Source: Candidatus Parcubacteria bacterium (lineage in GTDB: Bacteria; Patescibacteriota; Minisyncoccia; Minisyncoccales; JAGMDC01). From it: a stretch of 64,000 nucleotides of DNA. The stretch spans positions 129,692 through 193,691 of the forward strand of contig JAGMAD010000003.1 in assembly GCA_023130975.1 (NCBI GenBank). The letters run 5' to 3'. The translations under genes were made by a program, and so were the position numbers. This document shows positions 1 to 9,785 of this stretch, one piece after another; the stretch's first letter is position 1; the number at the start of each line of letters is the position of its first letter. The notes under the pieces are model-generated. The model had not been told where the DNA came from and did no database searches. It saw nothing but the letters and a program-made list of their open reading frames with translations.

Positions 1-1
1 T

Positions 2-1036
2 TATGGACTACAAGGAGCTTTAGTTCCATTTGGCGGTCAGATAATGATGAAAATAGGTCTTAAAAAAGCTATGCTTGTTTCTCTGCCATTTTTTTGGGGA
101 TTTTATATCTGTCTGCTTTATTTTGATATTTCTCAGCTTTTTATTTTTTTATCAATAATTTTATATGTGCTAGGAATGATTTTTTTCTGGCCTGCTTATC
201 ACACCAATTTTGCTCGTGTTTCTGAAAGAAAAAAATTAGGAAAAGAGGTAGGAAAGCTTAATTTTGTAGTTGCTTTACCAGGAATTTTAGCTCCAGCTAT
301 TGGAGGAACTATTATTTTTCTTTTTGGATACCCAGCTTTATTTGTTGCAGTTTTATGTGTTTTATTAGCTTCAGCCATTCCTTTATTTTTATCCAAAGAT
401 ATTCATCAAATTTATACTGACTCTTATCTCGGTGCCTATCAAAGAATATTTAAAAAAGAAAATAGATATCATAATTTAGCTTTTGCCATTTTTGGCATAG
501 AGGCAACAATAAATAACTGCATTTGGCCTATATTTTTAGCTATTTTAGCTATTGGCTATATTACTATTGGAAGTGTGACTACTGTAGCTTTGATGGTCTC
601 TTTGTTTTTTACTTTGTATATGGGCAGAATTACTGACCGTCTGAATAAAACCAAACTTTTAACTATTGGTTCAGCGCTTACTTCTGGTGCTTGGCTGGGA
701 AAGTTTTTTGTGTTTAGTCCTATTTCTGCTTTTTTAGCTCAAGGATTTTATAAATTTGCCAGGACATCAGCGGGGATTCCTTTCCAAACCATTTTATATC
801 AAAAAGCAGAAGGCAAAGGTGCAGAAATTGATGAATTTATTATTTATAGAGGAATGGCAATAGCGTTTCCTCGTTGTGCTTTTCTTATAGTTTTAGCCGG
901 GATATTTTTTGTTATTCCTCATATAAGTATTAACTTTGCTTTTATTTTAGCAGCGGTGTTTTCGTTAGGATTTATATTTATGGGAAAAATCCCAGAACTT
1001 AAATCCTGGTTCAAAATAAATAATTTTGATTTATGA
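2..1036 (+). CDS. polytopic membrane transporter (MFS-like), 5'-truncated at the window edge
   Basis: The reading frame stays open back to position 2 with no upstream stop. The product has multiple hydrophobic helices. A TGA stop overlaps the next ATG (ATGA). Confidence 0.35.
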   Translation, partial: YGLQGALVPFGGQIMMKIGLKKAMLVSLPFFWGFYICLLYFDISQLFIFLSIILYVLGMIFFWPAYHTNFARVSERKKLGKEVGKLNFVVALPGILAPAIGGTIIFLFGYPALFVAVLCVLLASAIPLFLSKDIHQIYTDSYLGAYQRIFKKENRYHNLAFAIFGIEATINNCIWPIFLAILAIGYITIGSVTTVALMVSLFFTLYMGRITDRLNKTKLLTIGSALTSGAWLGKFFVFSPISAFLAQGFYKFARTSAGIPFQTILYQKAEGKGAEIDEFIIYRGMAIAFPRCAFLIVLAGIFFVIPHISINFAFILAAVFSLGFIFMGKIPELKSWFKINNFDL

Positions 1037-1539
1037 ATATTGATTTATATATTTTTCAGCAGATAAATGCATTAGCAGGACAGTATGCCTGGTTAGATAC
1101 CTTGGGTATTTTTTTTGCCAGGTATTTTGAGTATGCTTTAGTTTTTTGTTTATTTTTGTTTTTGGTAAAGAACTTCAAGAGATATTGGCCAATGGTTTGG
1201 CAGGCAATCTTTGCTGGAATTATTTCTCGTTTAATTTTTACTGAAATTATTCGCTGGCTCTGGTGGAAACCCAGACCTTTTGTAGAGAATCATATCAATC
1301 TGCTTTTAAGTCATACCAATTCTGCTGCTTTTCCTTCTGGCCATGCTGCTTTTTATTTTGCGATATCTTCGGTTGTCTATTTTTACAACAAAAAAGCTGG
1401 CATAATATTTTTTCTTGCCAGTTTTTTAATTTGTTTAAGCCGAGTTTTTTGCGGCATCCATTGGCCCTTAGATATCCTAGCCGGTGCTATAGTTGGTATT
1501 CTCTCTAGCTGGCTAATAATAAAAATCTTTAAAAAATGA
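1033..1539 (+). CDS. PAP2-family phosphatase (undecaprenyl-diphosphatase/BcrC-like)
   Basis: PAP2 signature motifs PSGH and SRvfcGiHwplD are present in a membrane protein. Confidence 0.6.
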   Translation: MNIDLYIFQQINALAGQYAWLDTLGIFFARYFEYALVFCLFLFLVKNFKRYWPMVWQAIFAGIISRLIFTEIIRWLWWKPRPFVENHINLLLSHTNSAAFPSGHAAFYFAISSVVYFYNKKAGIIFFLASFLICLSRVFCGIHWPLDILAGAIVGILSSWLIIKIFKK

Positions 1540-2651
1540 ATCTAATGGAAAATTTGAAAGAAAAAGTTGGACAATTATTTATTTGTAGAACACCCGAGGA
1601 TATTAATCAAATTGAAATGTTTATAAAGGAAGGGATTGGTGGTTTTATGATTGGTAAAGGCGGTGAGATTATCTCTAAAAGTCAGGCTGCATTAGAAGGG
1701 GATAGCTTGGAATCGTTGAAACGATTTGTAAAATTATTGAATAGATTATCGCAGAAAAGCAAAAAAGTTCCATTGTTTTTAGCAATTGATGGGGAAGGAG
1801 GAAAATATTTCAACAGGCTCAAATCAATATCAGATTATAAATCCCCTCGTTTTTATGGAAAGAAGTTTGAAAAAGATGGAGATTTAGAATTCTTTAAAAG
1901 AGAAGTAGCAAAATTTGCAGAGCTAATGAATCAAATTGGGTTTAATATGAATTTCGCGCCATTGGTTGATTGTGCAAAAAAAGGGTATAAAGGATATATA
2001 GCAGAAGAAAGAGTATTGATTAAAAATAAAGATGATTTAACAAAATCTGAAACTATAGCAGCAAACAGGTCTTATTCTGACAAAATGGAAACAGTAATCA
2101 CATTGGGTTTAACTGCAATGCGAATTTTTCAAGAACACAATATTATACCAACATTGAAACATTTTCCTTCATATGGAATTTTAAAGAAGAATCAAAATCC
2201 ACACAGAATTCTGCTAAAATTAGCTATTCTTAGAAATAAAATTTTAGCACAGATTGAGCCATATAAAAAAGCTTTTAAAAATGGCTGCTATGCAATAATG
2301 AAAGGACATATAATAACTTGTTTAGATTGGAATGTACCTACATCACTTTCAGTCAAAATTGATAAATTTCTAAAGGATGAATTAAGTTTTAATGGTTTGG
2401 TAATTGTGGATGAATTACATATGGGTGCAATAAGACAATATTATAGACTGGACAATAAAGAAGTTCCTAAAAGAGCTGCTGTTGATGCATTAAAAGTTAA
2501 TGATATTATATTAACCAGTCATCCAGGAGATTTTATTGTTATGCGGGATGCAGTTATTAAAGAAGCAAATAAAAATGAAAAATTTTTAGAGAGAGTTAAC
2601 GAAGCATACAAAAAAGTATTATATTATAAAAAAATCATAAATTTACTATAA
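1536..2651 (+). CDS. glycoside hydrolase family 3 N-terminal domain protein (NagZ-like beta-N-acetylhexosaminidase)
   Basis: Motifs AIDGEGG, FAPLVD, KHFPSYG and C-terminal GLVIVDELHMGAI match the GH3/NagZ pattern. Confidence 0.5.
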   Translation: MNLMENLKEKVGQLFICRTPEDINQIEMFIKEGIGGFMIGKGGEIISKSQAALEGDSLESLKRFVKLLNRLSQKSKKVPLFLAIDGEGGKYFNRLKSISDYKSPRFYGKKFEKDGDLEFFKREVAKFAELMNQIGFNMNFAPLVDCAKKGYKGYIAEERVLIKNKDDLTKSETIAANRSYSDKMETVITLGLTAMRIFQEHNIIPTLKHFPSYGILKKNQNPHRILLKLAILRNKILAQIEPYKKAFKNGCYAIMKGHIITCLDWNVPTSLSVKIDKFLKDELSFNGLVIVDELHMGAIRQYYRLDNKEVPKRAAVDALKVNDIILTSHPGDFIVMRDAVIKEANKNEKFLERVNEAYKKVLYYKKIINLL

Positions 2652-3580
2652 TGACAAAGAAAATGATAATCTTAAAAAGATATATTAAAAATCCTATTCT
2701 TAAACCGATAAAAAACCATCATTGGGAAGAATACGTTTACAATTGTGCTGCAATAATCTTGGATAATAAGGTTCATATAGTTTATAGAGCTTTAAGCAGA
2801 GATAAAATATCAAGGCTTGGTTATGCATCAAGTAAAGATGGTTTTAAAATTGATGAAAGGTTAGAGAAACCAATTTTTGTCCCAGAATTAGAATCTGAAA
2901 AGCCAATGGTAAAGTTCAATAATTCTGGTATTGAAGACCCGAGATTAACAAGGATTGGTGACAGAATTTATATGCTTTATGCCGGCCTAAATGGTAGAAC
3001 AGCTCAATCATCTATGGCTTCTATTAAAGTTGAGGATTTTTTACAAAAGAAATGGAATTGGAAAAGGCATGGGGTTCTTTTCCCAAATATTGACGATAGA
3101 AATGCAGGTTTATTTCCAGAAAAGATAAATGGTAAATATGTCCTTTATACAAGGTTTATGCCAAATATTTGGGTAAGTTATTCAAGGGATTTGAAAAACT
3201 GGTCAAGGCCAAAAATAGTAATGAAACCAAGAAAAGGGATGTGGGATGAATACAAAATTGGCATAGCTGGACCTCCTCTAAGATTGAATAATTCTTGGCT
3301 ATTGATTTATCATGGAGTTGAACAAAAGCAAGCCGGAAGATTTGGAAGAGTCTACAGATTAGGATTCGCTTTAATAGACCTTAAAGACCCGGAAAAAATT
3401 TTATATAGATGTGAAAAACCAATTTTTGAACCAGTCAAGAATTATGAATTAAAAGGACAAGTTCCAAATGTGGTTTTTTCATGTGCTGCTGTTATTAAGG
3501 GAAAGACACTTTTTGTTTATTATGGTGGTGCCGACACTGTAATAGGGGTAGCTACTGCAGACATTTCTAAGCTTCTTTGA
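2651..3580 (+). CDS. GH130/DUF377-like glycosidase-related protein
   Basis: GIEDPRLTRIGDRIYMLYAG and overall beta-propeller-like composition are typical of DUF377/GH130. Confidence 0.45.
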   Translation: MTKKMIILKRYIKNPILKPIKNHHWEEYVYNCAAIILDNKVHIVYRALSRDKISRLGYASSKDGFKIDERLEKPIFVPELESEKPMVKFNNSGIEDPRLTRIGDRIYMLYAGLNGRTAQSSMASIKVEDFLQKKWNWKRHGVLFPNIDDRNAGLFPEKINGKYVLYTRFMPNIWVSYSRDLKNWSRPKIVMKPRKGMWDEYKIGIAGPPLRLNNSWLLIYHGVEQKQAGRFGRVYRLGFALIDLKDPEKILYRCEKPIFEPVKNYELKGQVPNVVFSCAAVIKGKTLFVYYGGADTVIGVATADISKLL

Positions 3581-3585
3581 AAAAT

Positions 3586-3620
3586 AAGAACCTGTCTCGC
3601 TTTGCTCGGCAGAACCTTGA
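3586..3620. repeat. AGAACCTTG-family small repeat unit (AAGAACCTG-N-CAGAACCTTGA)
   Basis: Same unit recurs at >=13 loci in the window (see findings). Confidence 0.6.
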
Positions 3621-3656
3621 TTTTCACGGCTACGCCGTGAAAATTAAAAAAAATAG

Positions 3657-3680
3657 CGGGAATTGATTTCCCGTTTTTTT
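3657..3680 (+). terminator. intrinsic terminator after the glycosidase gene
   Basis: Hairpin cgggaa-ttgat-ttcccg followed by TTTTTTT. Confidence 0.5.
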
Positions 3681-3686
3681 ATTTTG

Positions 3687-3770
3687 TGCCGGGGGAGGGA
3701 CTCGAACCCTCAAGCCCTTGCGGACAGTGGATTTTGAATCCACCCTGTTTACCAATTTCAGCACTCCGGC
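3687..3770 (-). tRNA. tRNA-Leu (anticodon CAA)
   Basis: Manual cloverleaf: acceptor GCCGGAG/CCCCGGC with one A.C mismatch, 3-bp D stem, anticodon loop TTCAAAA, long variable arm, T arm GAGGG-TTCGAGT-CCCTC, discriminator A. The ORF-track start at 3718 is spurious. Confidence 0.75.
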
Positions 3771-3799
3771 TCATTTTCAGTTTATCAAAAATCTCCCTT

Positions 3800-3828
3800 T
3801 TGTCAATTTTAAAATTTTATGTTATATT
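3800..3828 (+). promoter_or_regulatory. sigma70-like promoter TTGTCA-17-TATATT for parA (near-leaderless)
   Basis: -35 at 3800-3805 and -10 at 3823-3828. The ATG is at 3835, ~7 nt downstream. Confidence 0.4.
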
Positions 3829-3834
3829 AAATTA

Positions 3835-4599
3835 ATGACACGGATTATTTCCATCGCCAATCAGAAAGGCGGAGTTGGAAAATCAAATGTTGCAGTTAAT
3901 CTTCCGGTTTTTTTAAGCGCTAAGGGAAAGAAAGTTTTGTTAGTGGATATGGATCCTCAGGCAAATGCTACTTTGAGTTTAGGCATTAACTGCCGCAATT
4001 TGCCTCTTTCTATTTATAATGTTTTAATGGACCAGATTACTCCTTCAGCTATTATCAGGAAGACCTCGTTTTTTGGATATGATATTATGCCGGCTTCTCC
4101 GGATTTGGCTGGTGCTACTGTAGAATTAGTAGAAGCAAAAAATCGAGAGTTCAAATTAGCTCAAATTTTAAAAAAAGTTGAAGAACCATACGATTTTATT
4201 ATCATTGATTCTCCTCCGAGTTTAGGAATTCTAACCCTTAATACCTTAGTTGGTTCCAAAGAGGTTTTAATTCCGGTTCAATGCGAATATTTGGCTTTGG
4301 AAGGATTAGGACAACTTTTAGATACAATTGCCTTAGTGAAAAATAATCTTGGTCAAGATTTAAAAATTGCCGGCGCTCTATTAACAATGTATAATAGAAA
4401 AAATCGTCTTTCCAGGGACGTAGCTAAAGAAGTTAGAAGGAATTTTCCTGGCTATGTCTTTGACAGCGTTATTCCCAGAAGCGTGGCTTTAGCTGAAGCG
4501 CCCAAATATGGCCAGACCATTTTACAATATGCTCCCGGCTCTCAAGCAGCCAAGGCCTATAGAGAATTAGCCGAAGAACTTATCAACAGAAATGACTAA
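3835..4599 (+). CDS. parA: ParA/Soj chromosome-partitioning ATPase
   Basis: N-terminal KGGVGKS deviant Walker A and ParA-like length. Start placed at the ATG downstream of the tRNA. Confidence 0.85.
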   Translation: MTRIISIANQKGGVGKSNVAVNLPVFLSAKGKKVLLVDMDPQANATLSLGINCRNLPLSIYNVLMDQITPSAIIRKTSFFGYDIMPASPDLAGATVELVEAKNREFKLAQILKKVEEPYDFIIIDSPPSLGILTLNTLVGSKEVLIPVQCEYLALEGLGQLLDTIALVKNNLGQDLKIAGALLTMYNRKNRLSRDVAKEVRRNFPGYVFDSVIPRSVALAEAPKYGQTILQYAPGSQAAKAYRELAEELINRND

Positions 4600-4724
4600 T
4601 AACTAATTCCTAATTACTAATCAAATCCCAATGACCAATGACTAAATGACTAAAAACTTTTAGACATTAGACATTTTGGAATTAGACATTGATTAGAAAT
4701 TAGACATTAGAAATTAGAAATTCC
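4600..4724. repeat. direct-repeat (iteron-like) spacer between parA and parB
   Basis: There are 3 copies of AATGAC(C/T)AA and 4 copies of TTAGACATT plus AGAAATT repeats. parA and parB are usually adjacent. Confidence 0.4.
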
Positions 4725-5621
4725 ATGAAACAATCTTTTGGTAAAGGCATAGAATCTTTAATTCCTAAGAAAAAACAAAAAAACATTGAAAAGCCAGTCA
4801 GTAAAAAAGAAGCAGTTTTTTCTATTGAGATTGAAAAAATAAAATCTAATCCCTATCAACCAAGAAAAGAGTTTAATATGGAAGCATTAAATTCCTTAGC
4901 TGAATCAGTTAGGGAGCACGGAATTTTACAGCCATTAATTGTTACTAAAATTGAAACAAGAGACTCAAAAGGTAAGAGTACGAGGACCGAATATCAATTG
5001 ATTGCTGGTGAAAGGCGTTTAATGGCTTCAAAAATAGCCGGTTTGAAAGAGGTGCCGGTAATTATAAGAAAGCCCACAGACAGAGAAAAGTTAGAAATGT
5101 CTTTAATTGAAAACGTCCAACGTTTTGACTTGAATCCAATAGAAAAAGCAGAAGCATTTAATCATTTACATAAGAAATTTGGTATGACTCATGAAAAAAT
5201 TAGTGAGATGACAGGAATAGGCAGGGTAGCAGTAACTAATCATATTCGACTTTTGGATCTCTCTGAGGAAATAAAAGAAGCAGTTAGGGCAGGAAAAGTC
5301 AATGAAGGCCAGGCCAGAGCGATTTTACTTACTAAAGGACCAAGAAAACAAAAAGCCGTTTTTCAGAAGATATTAAAAGACGGCTTAAATGTCAGGGAAT
5401 CAGAATATTTTGCTCAAAAACTTAATGTCTGGAAGCCGATGAAGAATAATTTAAAAACAGGAATTTCTGATGAGATAATAAATTTCGAAATGCGATTCAA
5501 AGAAATTTTTGGAGTAACTGCTAAAACTATTCGGCTGGTCTTGGAAAAAGGCAGGCCTAAATTAACAGTTTTTTTTGATTCCAGAAGCGGAGTTAAAAAA
5601 GTATTAGAAAAATTGAAATAA
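4725..5621 (+). CDS. parB: ParB/Spo0J partition protein
   Basis: ParB box LIAGERRLMASK and an HTH region. Confidence 0.85.
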   Translation: MKQSFGKGIESLIPKKKQKNIEKPVSKKEAVFSIEIEKIKSNPYQPRKEFNMEALNSLAESVREHGILQPLIVTKIETRDSKGKSTRTEYQLIAGERRLMASKIAGLKEVPVIIRKPTDREKLEMSLIENVQRFDLNPIEKAEAFNHLHKKFGMTHEKISEMTGIGRVAVTNHIRLLDLSEEIKEAVRAGKVNEGQARAILLTKGPRKQKAVFQKILKDGLNVRESEYFAQKLNVWKPMKNNLKTGISDEIINFEMRFKEIFGVTAKTIRLVLEKGRPKLTVFFDSRSGVKKVLEKLK

Positions 5622-5622
5622 C

Positions 5623-7407
5623 TCAATCCCAAGTGGCTTTAACAATTTTTTGAGGCCATTTTTCTTTTGTTCTTTTTAAATTAAGACAATCAGCCCTATG
5701 AATAGTGGCTCCTTTATTTTTAGTGATATAGCCAATAATTTTATCTCCGGGTTGAGGTGAACAGCATTTTGCTATATTTGTTAACATTCCTTTTTGTCCG
5801 GCTAAAGAAACAGTGCCTCTTTTTAAAGCTTTTTCTTCCTTTAGCTTCTTTTCTTTCCTAACCGGTATAGGTATGAAAGAAAGAATTTTAGGTAAAGTAG
5901 TTTTTTTCTCTAGTTGTTCTGCTGGACTAAACCATTTTTTAATTCTAATTCTGGCTAAGCTAGTTTTAACAAAATCCAGCCAATCTCTGGAAGGAGTTCT
6001 CTTTTTATTGGTGATAATTTCTACCAAATCACCGCTGTTTAGTCCCTGATTCAGACGGGCTATTTTTCCATTAACTTTTGCTTCTTGGCAGTGATTTCCC
6101 ACTTCTGTGTGAATGGCATAAGCAAAATCTACTGGGCAGGACTTTTCCGGCAAATCAATAATATCGCCTTTCGGAGTAAAAACGAAAACTCTCTGACCGA
6201 AAAAATCAATTTTCAAGGACTCTAAATATCTATCTGGAGAAAATTTCTTGGTTTCTTCCTGCCATTCTCTTAGCTGCTTTAACCAGTAAAGTTTACGTTC
6301 CGGCGGCTTACTGACCAATCTTTTAATATAAGTTTTAAGGCCTTTTTGCTCTGAATAATACCAATGGGCAGCAATACCAAATTCTGCTTCTCTATGCATC
6401 TGAGGAGTTCTGATTTGAATTTCAATAATTTTACTTTTTAATCCATTCGGGCATTTATTAGTTAATAAATCAGAACAAGAAACAGTACTATGCAGAGAAC
6501 GATAGCCATTTGGTTTTGGCCGAGAGATATAATCTTTAGTTCGTCCAGGAAAAGGTTTCCAGATTTTATGAATCACTCCTAATGTCTTGTAACACTCTTC
6601 TACATTTTTAACAATTATTCTTAAGGCAACTAAATCATAAATTTTGTCTAAATCATTATTGTATCTCTTCAGTTTTTGATAAAGAGAGTAATAATGTTTT
6701 GCTCGTGAGTGGATTTCTATTGTCTCAACCCCTTCTTTCTTTAGTTCTTTTTTCACAATGGGTACGATTTTTTCAATGTAATTTTCTCGTTCTTCATACT
6801 TATCTTTAACTCGAGAAATGAGCTGTTGGTATTCATTCGGATATACTATTGGGAAAGCAGCGTCTTCTAATCTGCCTTTGATTTCACCAATTCCTAAACG
6901 ATACGCCAAAGGAGCATAGATTTCAATTGTCTCTAAGGCAATTCTTTTAGCTTTATCTTCTCTTAGATAATTCAGGGTTTTTAAATTATGAAGTCGGTCG
7001 CACAATTTAATTAAGATAACCCGAACATCCTTTGCCATAGCTAAAAAAAGTTTTCTGAAATTCTCTGCTTGTCTTTCAACGCCGTGATATTTAATTTTTC
7101 CCAATTTACTAACCCCCTCTACTAAAAAAGCAATCTCTTTGCCAAATTCTTTTTTAATTTCTTCGTCAGTAACATCAGTGTCATCTGGTACATCATGAAG
7201 CAGGCCAGCAGCTATTGTGATTGGCTCTAATTTTATTTTTTTCAAACAAAGAGCAGTCTCTAAGGGATGAATAATAAAATCATCTCCAGACGCTCTTTTT
7301 TGATTACGATGGGCTTTTTCAGCAAATTGATAGGCCTTTTGAATTAATTTCGGCTCAACACTGCCTTTTATAATTTTTTGAACTATCTTTTGCTTTTGAG
7401 TTGACAT
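5623..7407 (-). CDS. rel: (p)ppGpp synthetase/hydrolase Rel/SpoT lacking the C-terminal ACT domain
   Basis: HD domain (HRNQKRASGDDFIIHPLE), synthetase domain, TGS (VFVFTPKGDIIDLP) and CC motif. It stops before the ACT/RRM domain. Confidence 0.85.
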   Translation of the reverse strand: MSTQKQKIVQKIIKGSVEPKLIQKAYQFAEKAHRNQKRASGDDFIIHPLETALCLKKIKLEPITIAAGLLHDVPDDTDVTDEEIKKEFGKEIAFLVEGVSKLGKIKYHGVERQAENFRKLFLAMAKDVRVILIKLCDRLHNLKTLNYLREDKAKRIALETIEIYAPLAYRLGIGEIKGRLEDAAFPIVYPNEYQQLISRVKDKYEERENYIEKIVPIVKKELKKEGVETIEIHSRAKHYYSLYQKLKRYNNDLDKIYDLVALRIIVKNVEECYKTLGVIHKIWKPFPGRTKDYISRPKPNGYRSLHSTVSCSDLLTNKCPNGLKSKIIEIQIRTPQMHREAEFGIAAHWYYSEQKGLKTYIKRLVSKPPERKLYWLKQLREWQEETKKFSPDRYLESLKIDFFGQRVFVFTPKGDIIDLPEKSCPVDFAYAIHTEVGNHCQEAKVNGKIARLNQGLNSGDLVEIITNKKRTPSRDWLDFVKTSLARIRIKKWFSPAEQLEKKTTLPKILSFIPIPVRKEKKLKEEKALKRGTVSLAGQKGMLTNIAKCCSPQPGDKIIGYITKNKGATIHRADCLNLKRTKEKWPQKIVKATWD

Positions 7408-7540
7408 ATAATTAATATTATATCATAACCAAAAAATTAGGTTTTATCAAGGAGAAAAACGGCTTTAAATAAAGTGAGAAGTGTTGTATGATCAAAGTAG
7501 AAAGGTCGTTGAATCGTAATCTATAATTTTTTAAAAAAAA

Positions 7541-7963
7541 ATGGCAAAAATTCTTATAACTTCAAATGATTCTGATTTAAATTCTTCTGTCTCAGCGGTT
7601 TTTGGAAGATGTCCTTATTTTTTGATAGTTGATGAAAAAGGAAAGTTAGAGAAAGCTATTCCTAATACTGGGGTTCAGGCAGTAAGAGGCGCTGGGATTG
7701 CTGCTGCTCAAACAGTAGTAAGCCAAGGAGCAACAGTAGTTATTACTGGAAATGTCGGACCTAATGCTTTTGCGGTTTTACAGCAATCAGGAGTTAAACT
7801 CTATAATGGAGTAGGAATGACTGCTAAAGAAGCTTTAGAGAGTTTTAAAGAGAATAAATTGACAGAGATTACTACATCAGCTGGCCGTTTTGGCGGTAGA
7901 GGGGCTGGCCAAGGTCCTGGAAGAGGAATGGGCGGCGGCATGGGAGGAGGAAGACGAGTTTAA
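7541..7963 (+). CDS. NifX/NifB-like dinitrogenase FeMo-cofactor family protein (PF02579-like) with a Gly/Arg-rich tail
   Basis: FGRCPYFLIVD ... VVITGNVGPNAF matches the family consensus. The C-terminus is GRFGGRGAGQGPGRGMGGGMGGGRRV. Confidence 0.65.
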   Translation: MAKILITSNDSDLNSSVSAVFGRCPYFLIVDEKGKLEKAIPNTGVQAVRGAGIAAAQTVVSQGATVVITGNVGPNAFAVLQQSGVKLYNGVGMTAKEALESFKENKLTEITTSAGRFGGRGAGQGPGRGMGGGMGGGRRV

Positions 7964-7987
7964 AATAATTTTTAATCTTAACTTTTT

Positions 7988-8821
7988 ATGAAACAAGTCG
8001 CCATCACAGGTGGAAAAGGAGGAACTGGAAAATCAACAGTAGCTATTTTACTGGCTAATAAATTGATAAAGAAGGACAAAATAGTCCTTCTTTGCGATTG
8101 TGATGTAGAGTGTCCAAATGACTATTTACTAATAGGTGAGAAATTGAAAAAGCCGGTTAGAAAAGTATTTGCTGAGTTTCCCAAATTAAACAAAAATAAG
8201 TGCCAGAAATGCGGACTTTGCTCCAAGACCTGCCAAAGCAACGCTATCTTCCAAGCTCCGGGAAAATATCCAGTCTTTATTAAAGATTTATGTTCTGCCT
8301 GCGGTGCTTGCTGGGCTGTTTGTCCTTATAGTGCAATTACACCTAAAAAAGAAGAAGTTGGAAAAATATACCTTAATAAACTCAAAGCCACAACTCAAAG
8401 CTCAAAACTATTTTATTTAATAACTGGAGTGGCTAAGCCGGGATTAGAAGAAACAGGGCCGGTTGTTATCCAGGTTAAAGAATTTGCTTTGGATTTTGCC
8501 AGAAAAATAAAAGCAGATTATCTTTTATTTGATACTGCGGCTGGCATCCATTGTCCAGTCATCAGCGCTTTATTGGGCTGCGATTTTGCTTATGCTGTTA
8601 CAGAACCAACACCAATGGGCGCTTATGATTTAAATTTAATTTTGGACTTGTGTAAAAAACTTAAAATACCAGCTAAAGTAATTATAAATCAAGCAGATTT
8701 AGGAGATAAAAAGGAAATTAAAAAAATTGCCAGAAAACACGAGACCAGAATAGTAAAAGAAATTCCTTATTCAAAAGAAATAGTTGATGCCTATTCTCAG
8801 GGCAGATTAAATAAATTATGA
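7988..8821 (+). CDS. MinD-superfamily P-loop ATPase with inserted 2x[4Fe-4S] ferredoxin domain (COG1149-like)
   Basis: GGKGGTGKST Walker A, CDCDVECPN, CQKCGLCSKTC and CSACGACWAVCP cluster motifs. Confidence 0.7.
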   Translation: MKQVAITGGKGGTGKSTVAILLANKLIKKDKIVLLCDCDVECPNDYLLIGEKLKKPVRKVFAEFPKLNKNKCQKCGLCSKTCQSNAIFQAPGKYPVFIKDLCSACGACWAVCPYSAITPKKEEVGKIYLNKLKATTQSSKLFYLITGVAKPGLEETGPVVIQVKEFALDFARKIKADYLLFDTAAGIHCPVISALLGCDFAYAVTEPTPMGAYDLNLILDLCKKLKIPAKVIINQADLGDKKEIKKIARKHETRIVKEIPYSKEIVDAYSQGRLNKL

Positions 8822-9684
8822 AATTTCAATTAGTGGTTTCAGGAGGAAAAGGCGGGGTAGGGAAGTCAATGCTGTGTTCTGTTTTGGCCATGCTTTTTAG
8901 TAGAAAGAAAAAAGTAGTGGCTGTTGACTGTGATGTTGATGCACCGAATTTAGCAATATGGCTTAATGAAACAAGGAATTGGCAGAAAATTAAGAAGATT
9001 TCTACTTCATCTAAGGCAGTGGTTGATTATGGGAAATGTACTGGTTGCGGTTTGTGTGCAGAACACTGCCGATTTAATGCTATAAAAATGGAAAAAGGCA
9101 AGCCAGTAATAAATCCTTTTTTATGTGAGGGCTGTGCTGCTTGTGAAGTTATTTGTCCTCAAAATGCCATTAAATTAAAACCAGTGAAGAACGGTGAGAT
9201 AAAAGTTAAAAGAACAAGGCAGGGTTTTTTCTTAGTTTCTGGCCAACTTCTTCCTGGTGAAACCGGTTCTGGCAAGATAGTAACTGAAATTAAAAAAGAA
9301 GGAGAGAAATTTGAATATGATATAATGCTCATAGATTCAGCTCCAGGCACTGGTTGTCCAGTAATTGCTTCTCTACAAGGCGCTGACTTTGTTGTTTTGG
9401 TCACTGAACCAACTCCTTCCGGGTTTTCTGACCTAAATCGGGTCTTAGAGGTAGTAAATCATTTTAATATTCCTTATAATATAATAATCAACAAATGGGA
9501 CATTAATGCTGATTTGAGCAAGAGAATTGAAAAATGGGCTGGCAAAAGATTTCTGGGTAAAATTTCTTATGACAAGAATATATTTAAAGCCATTTCTAAT
9601 TTAACCCCGATTTTAGAAACAGATTTAAAGGCGAAAAAAGAGATTGAAGAAATTTATCAAGAATTGGTTAAGAGAATAAATTAG
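8818..9684 (+). CDS. second MinD-superfamily Fe-S ATPase paralog
   Basis: GGKGGVGKS, CDVDAPN, CTGCGLCAEHC and CEGCAACEVICP. Overlaps the upstream gene by 4 nt. Confidence 0.7.
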   Translation: MKFQLVVSGGKGGVGKSMLCSVLAMLFSRKKKVVAVDCDVDAPNLAIWLNETRNWQKIKKISTSSKAVVDYGKCTGCGLCAEHCRFNAIKMEKGKPVINPFLCEGCAACEVICPQNAIKLKPVKNGEIKVKRTRQGFFLVSGQLLPGETGSGKIVTEIKKEGEKFEYDIMLIDSAPGTGCPVIASLQGADFVVLVTEPTPSGFSDLNRVLEVVNHFNIPYNIIINKWDINADLSKRIEKWAGKRFLGKISYDKNIFKAISNLTPILETDLKAKKEIEEIYQELVKRIN

Positions 9685-9785
9685 GGCTTGACTATCTTTC
9701 TTGCTTAATTTAAGCTAAAATATAGTAAAGAAGAAAGGTCGAAGAAATCAAAATATAATTATTAATTTTAAATACAATTTTAATT

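Noticed and set aside
1263-1508. 81-aa ORF overlapping the PAP2 gene in another frame; also 14940-15152 inside fusA, 21014-21241 inside rpsJ, 52165-52386 inside the LAGLIDADG ORF, 62200-62535 opposite the PEGA gene
   Set aside because: These are alternative-frame ORFs nested in genes with strong homology-pattern support.
3718-3834. ORF-track start of parA at 3718
   Set aside because: The extended N-terminus runs antisense through tRNA-Leu (3687-3770). The ParA Walker A begins right after the ATG at 3835, which also has a good promoter in front.
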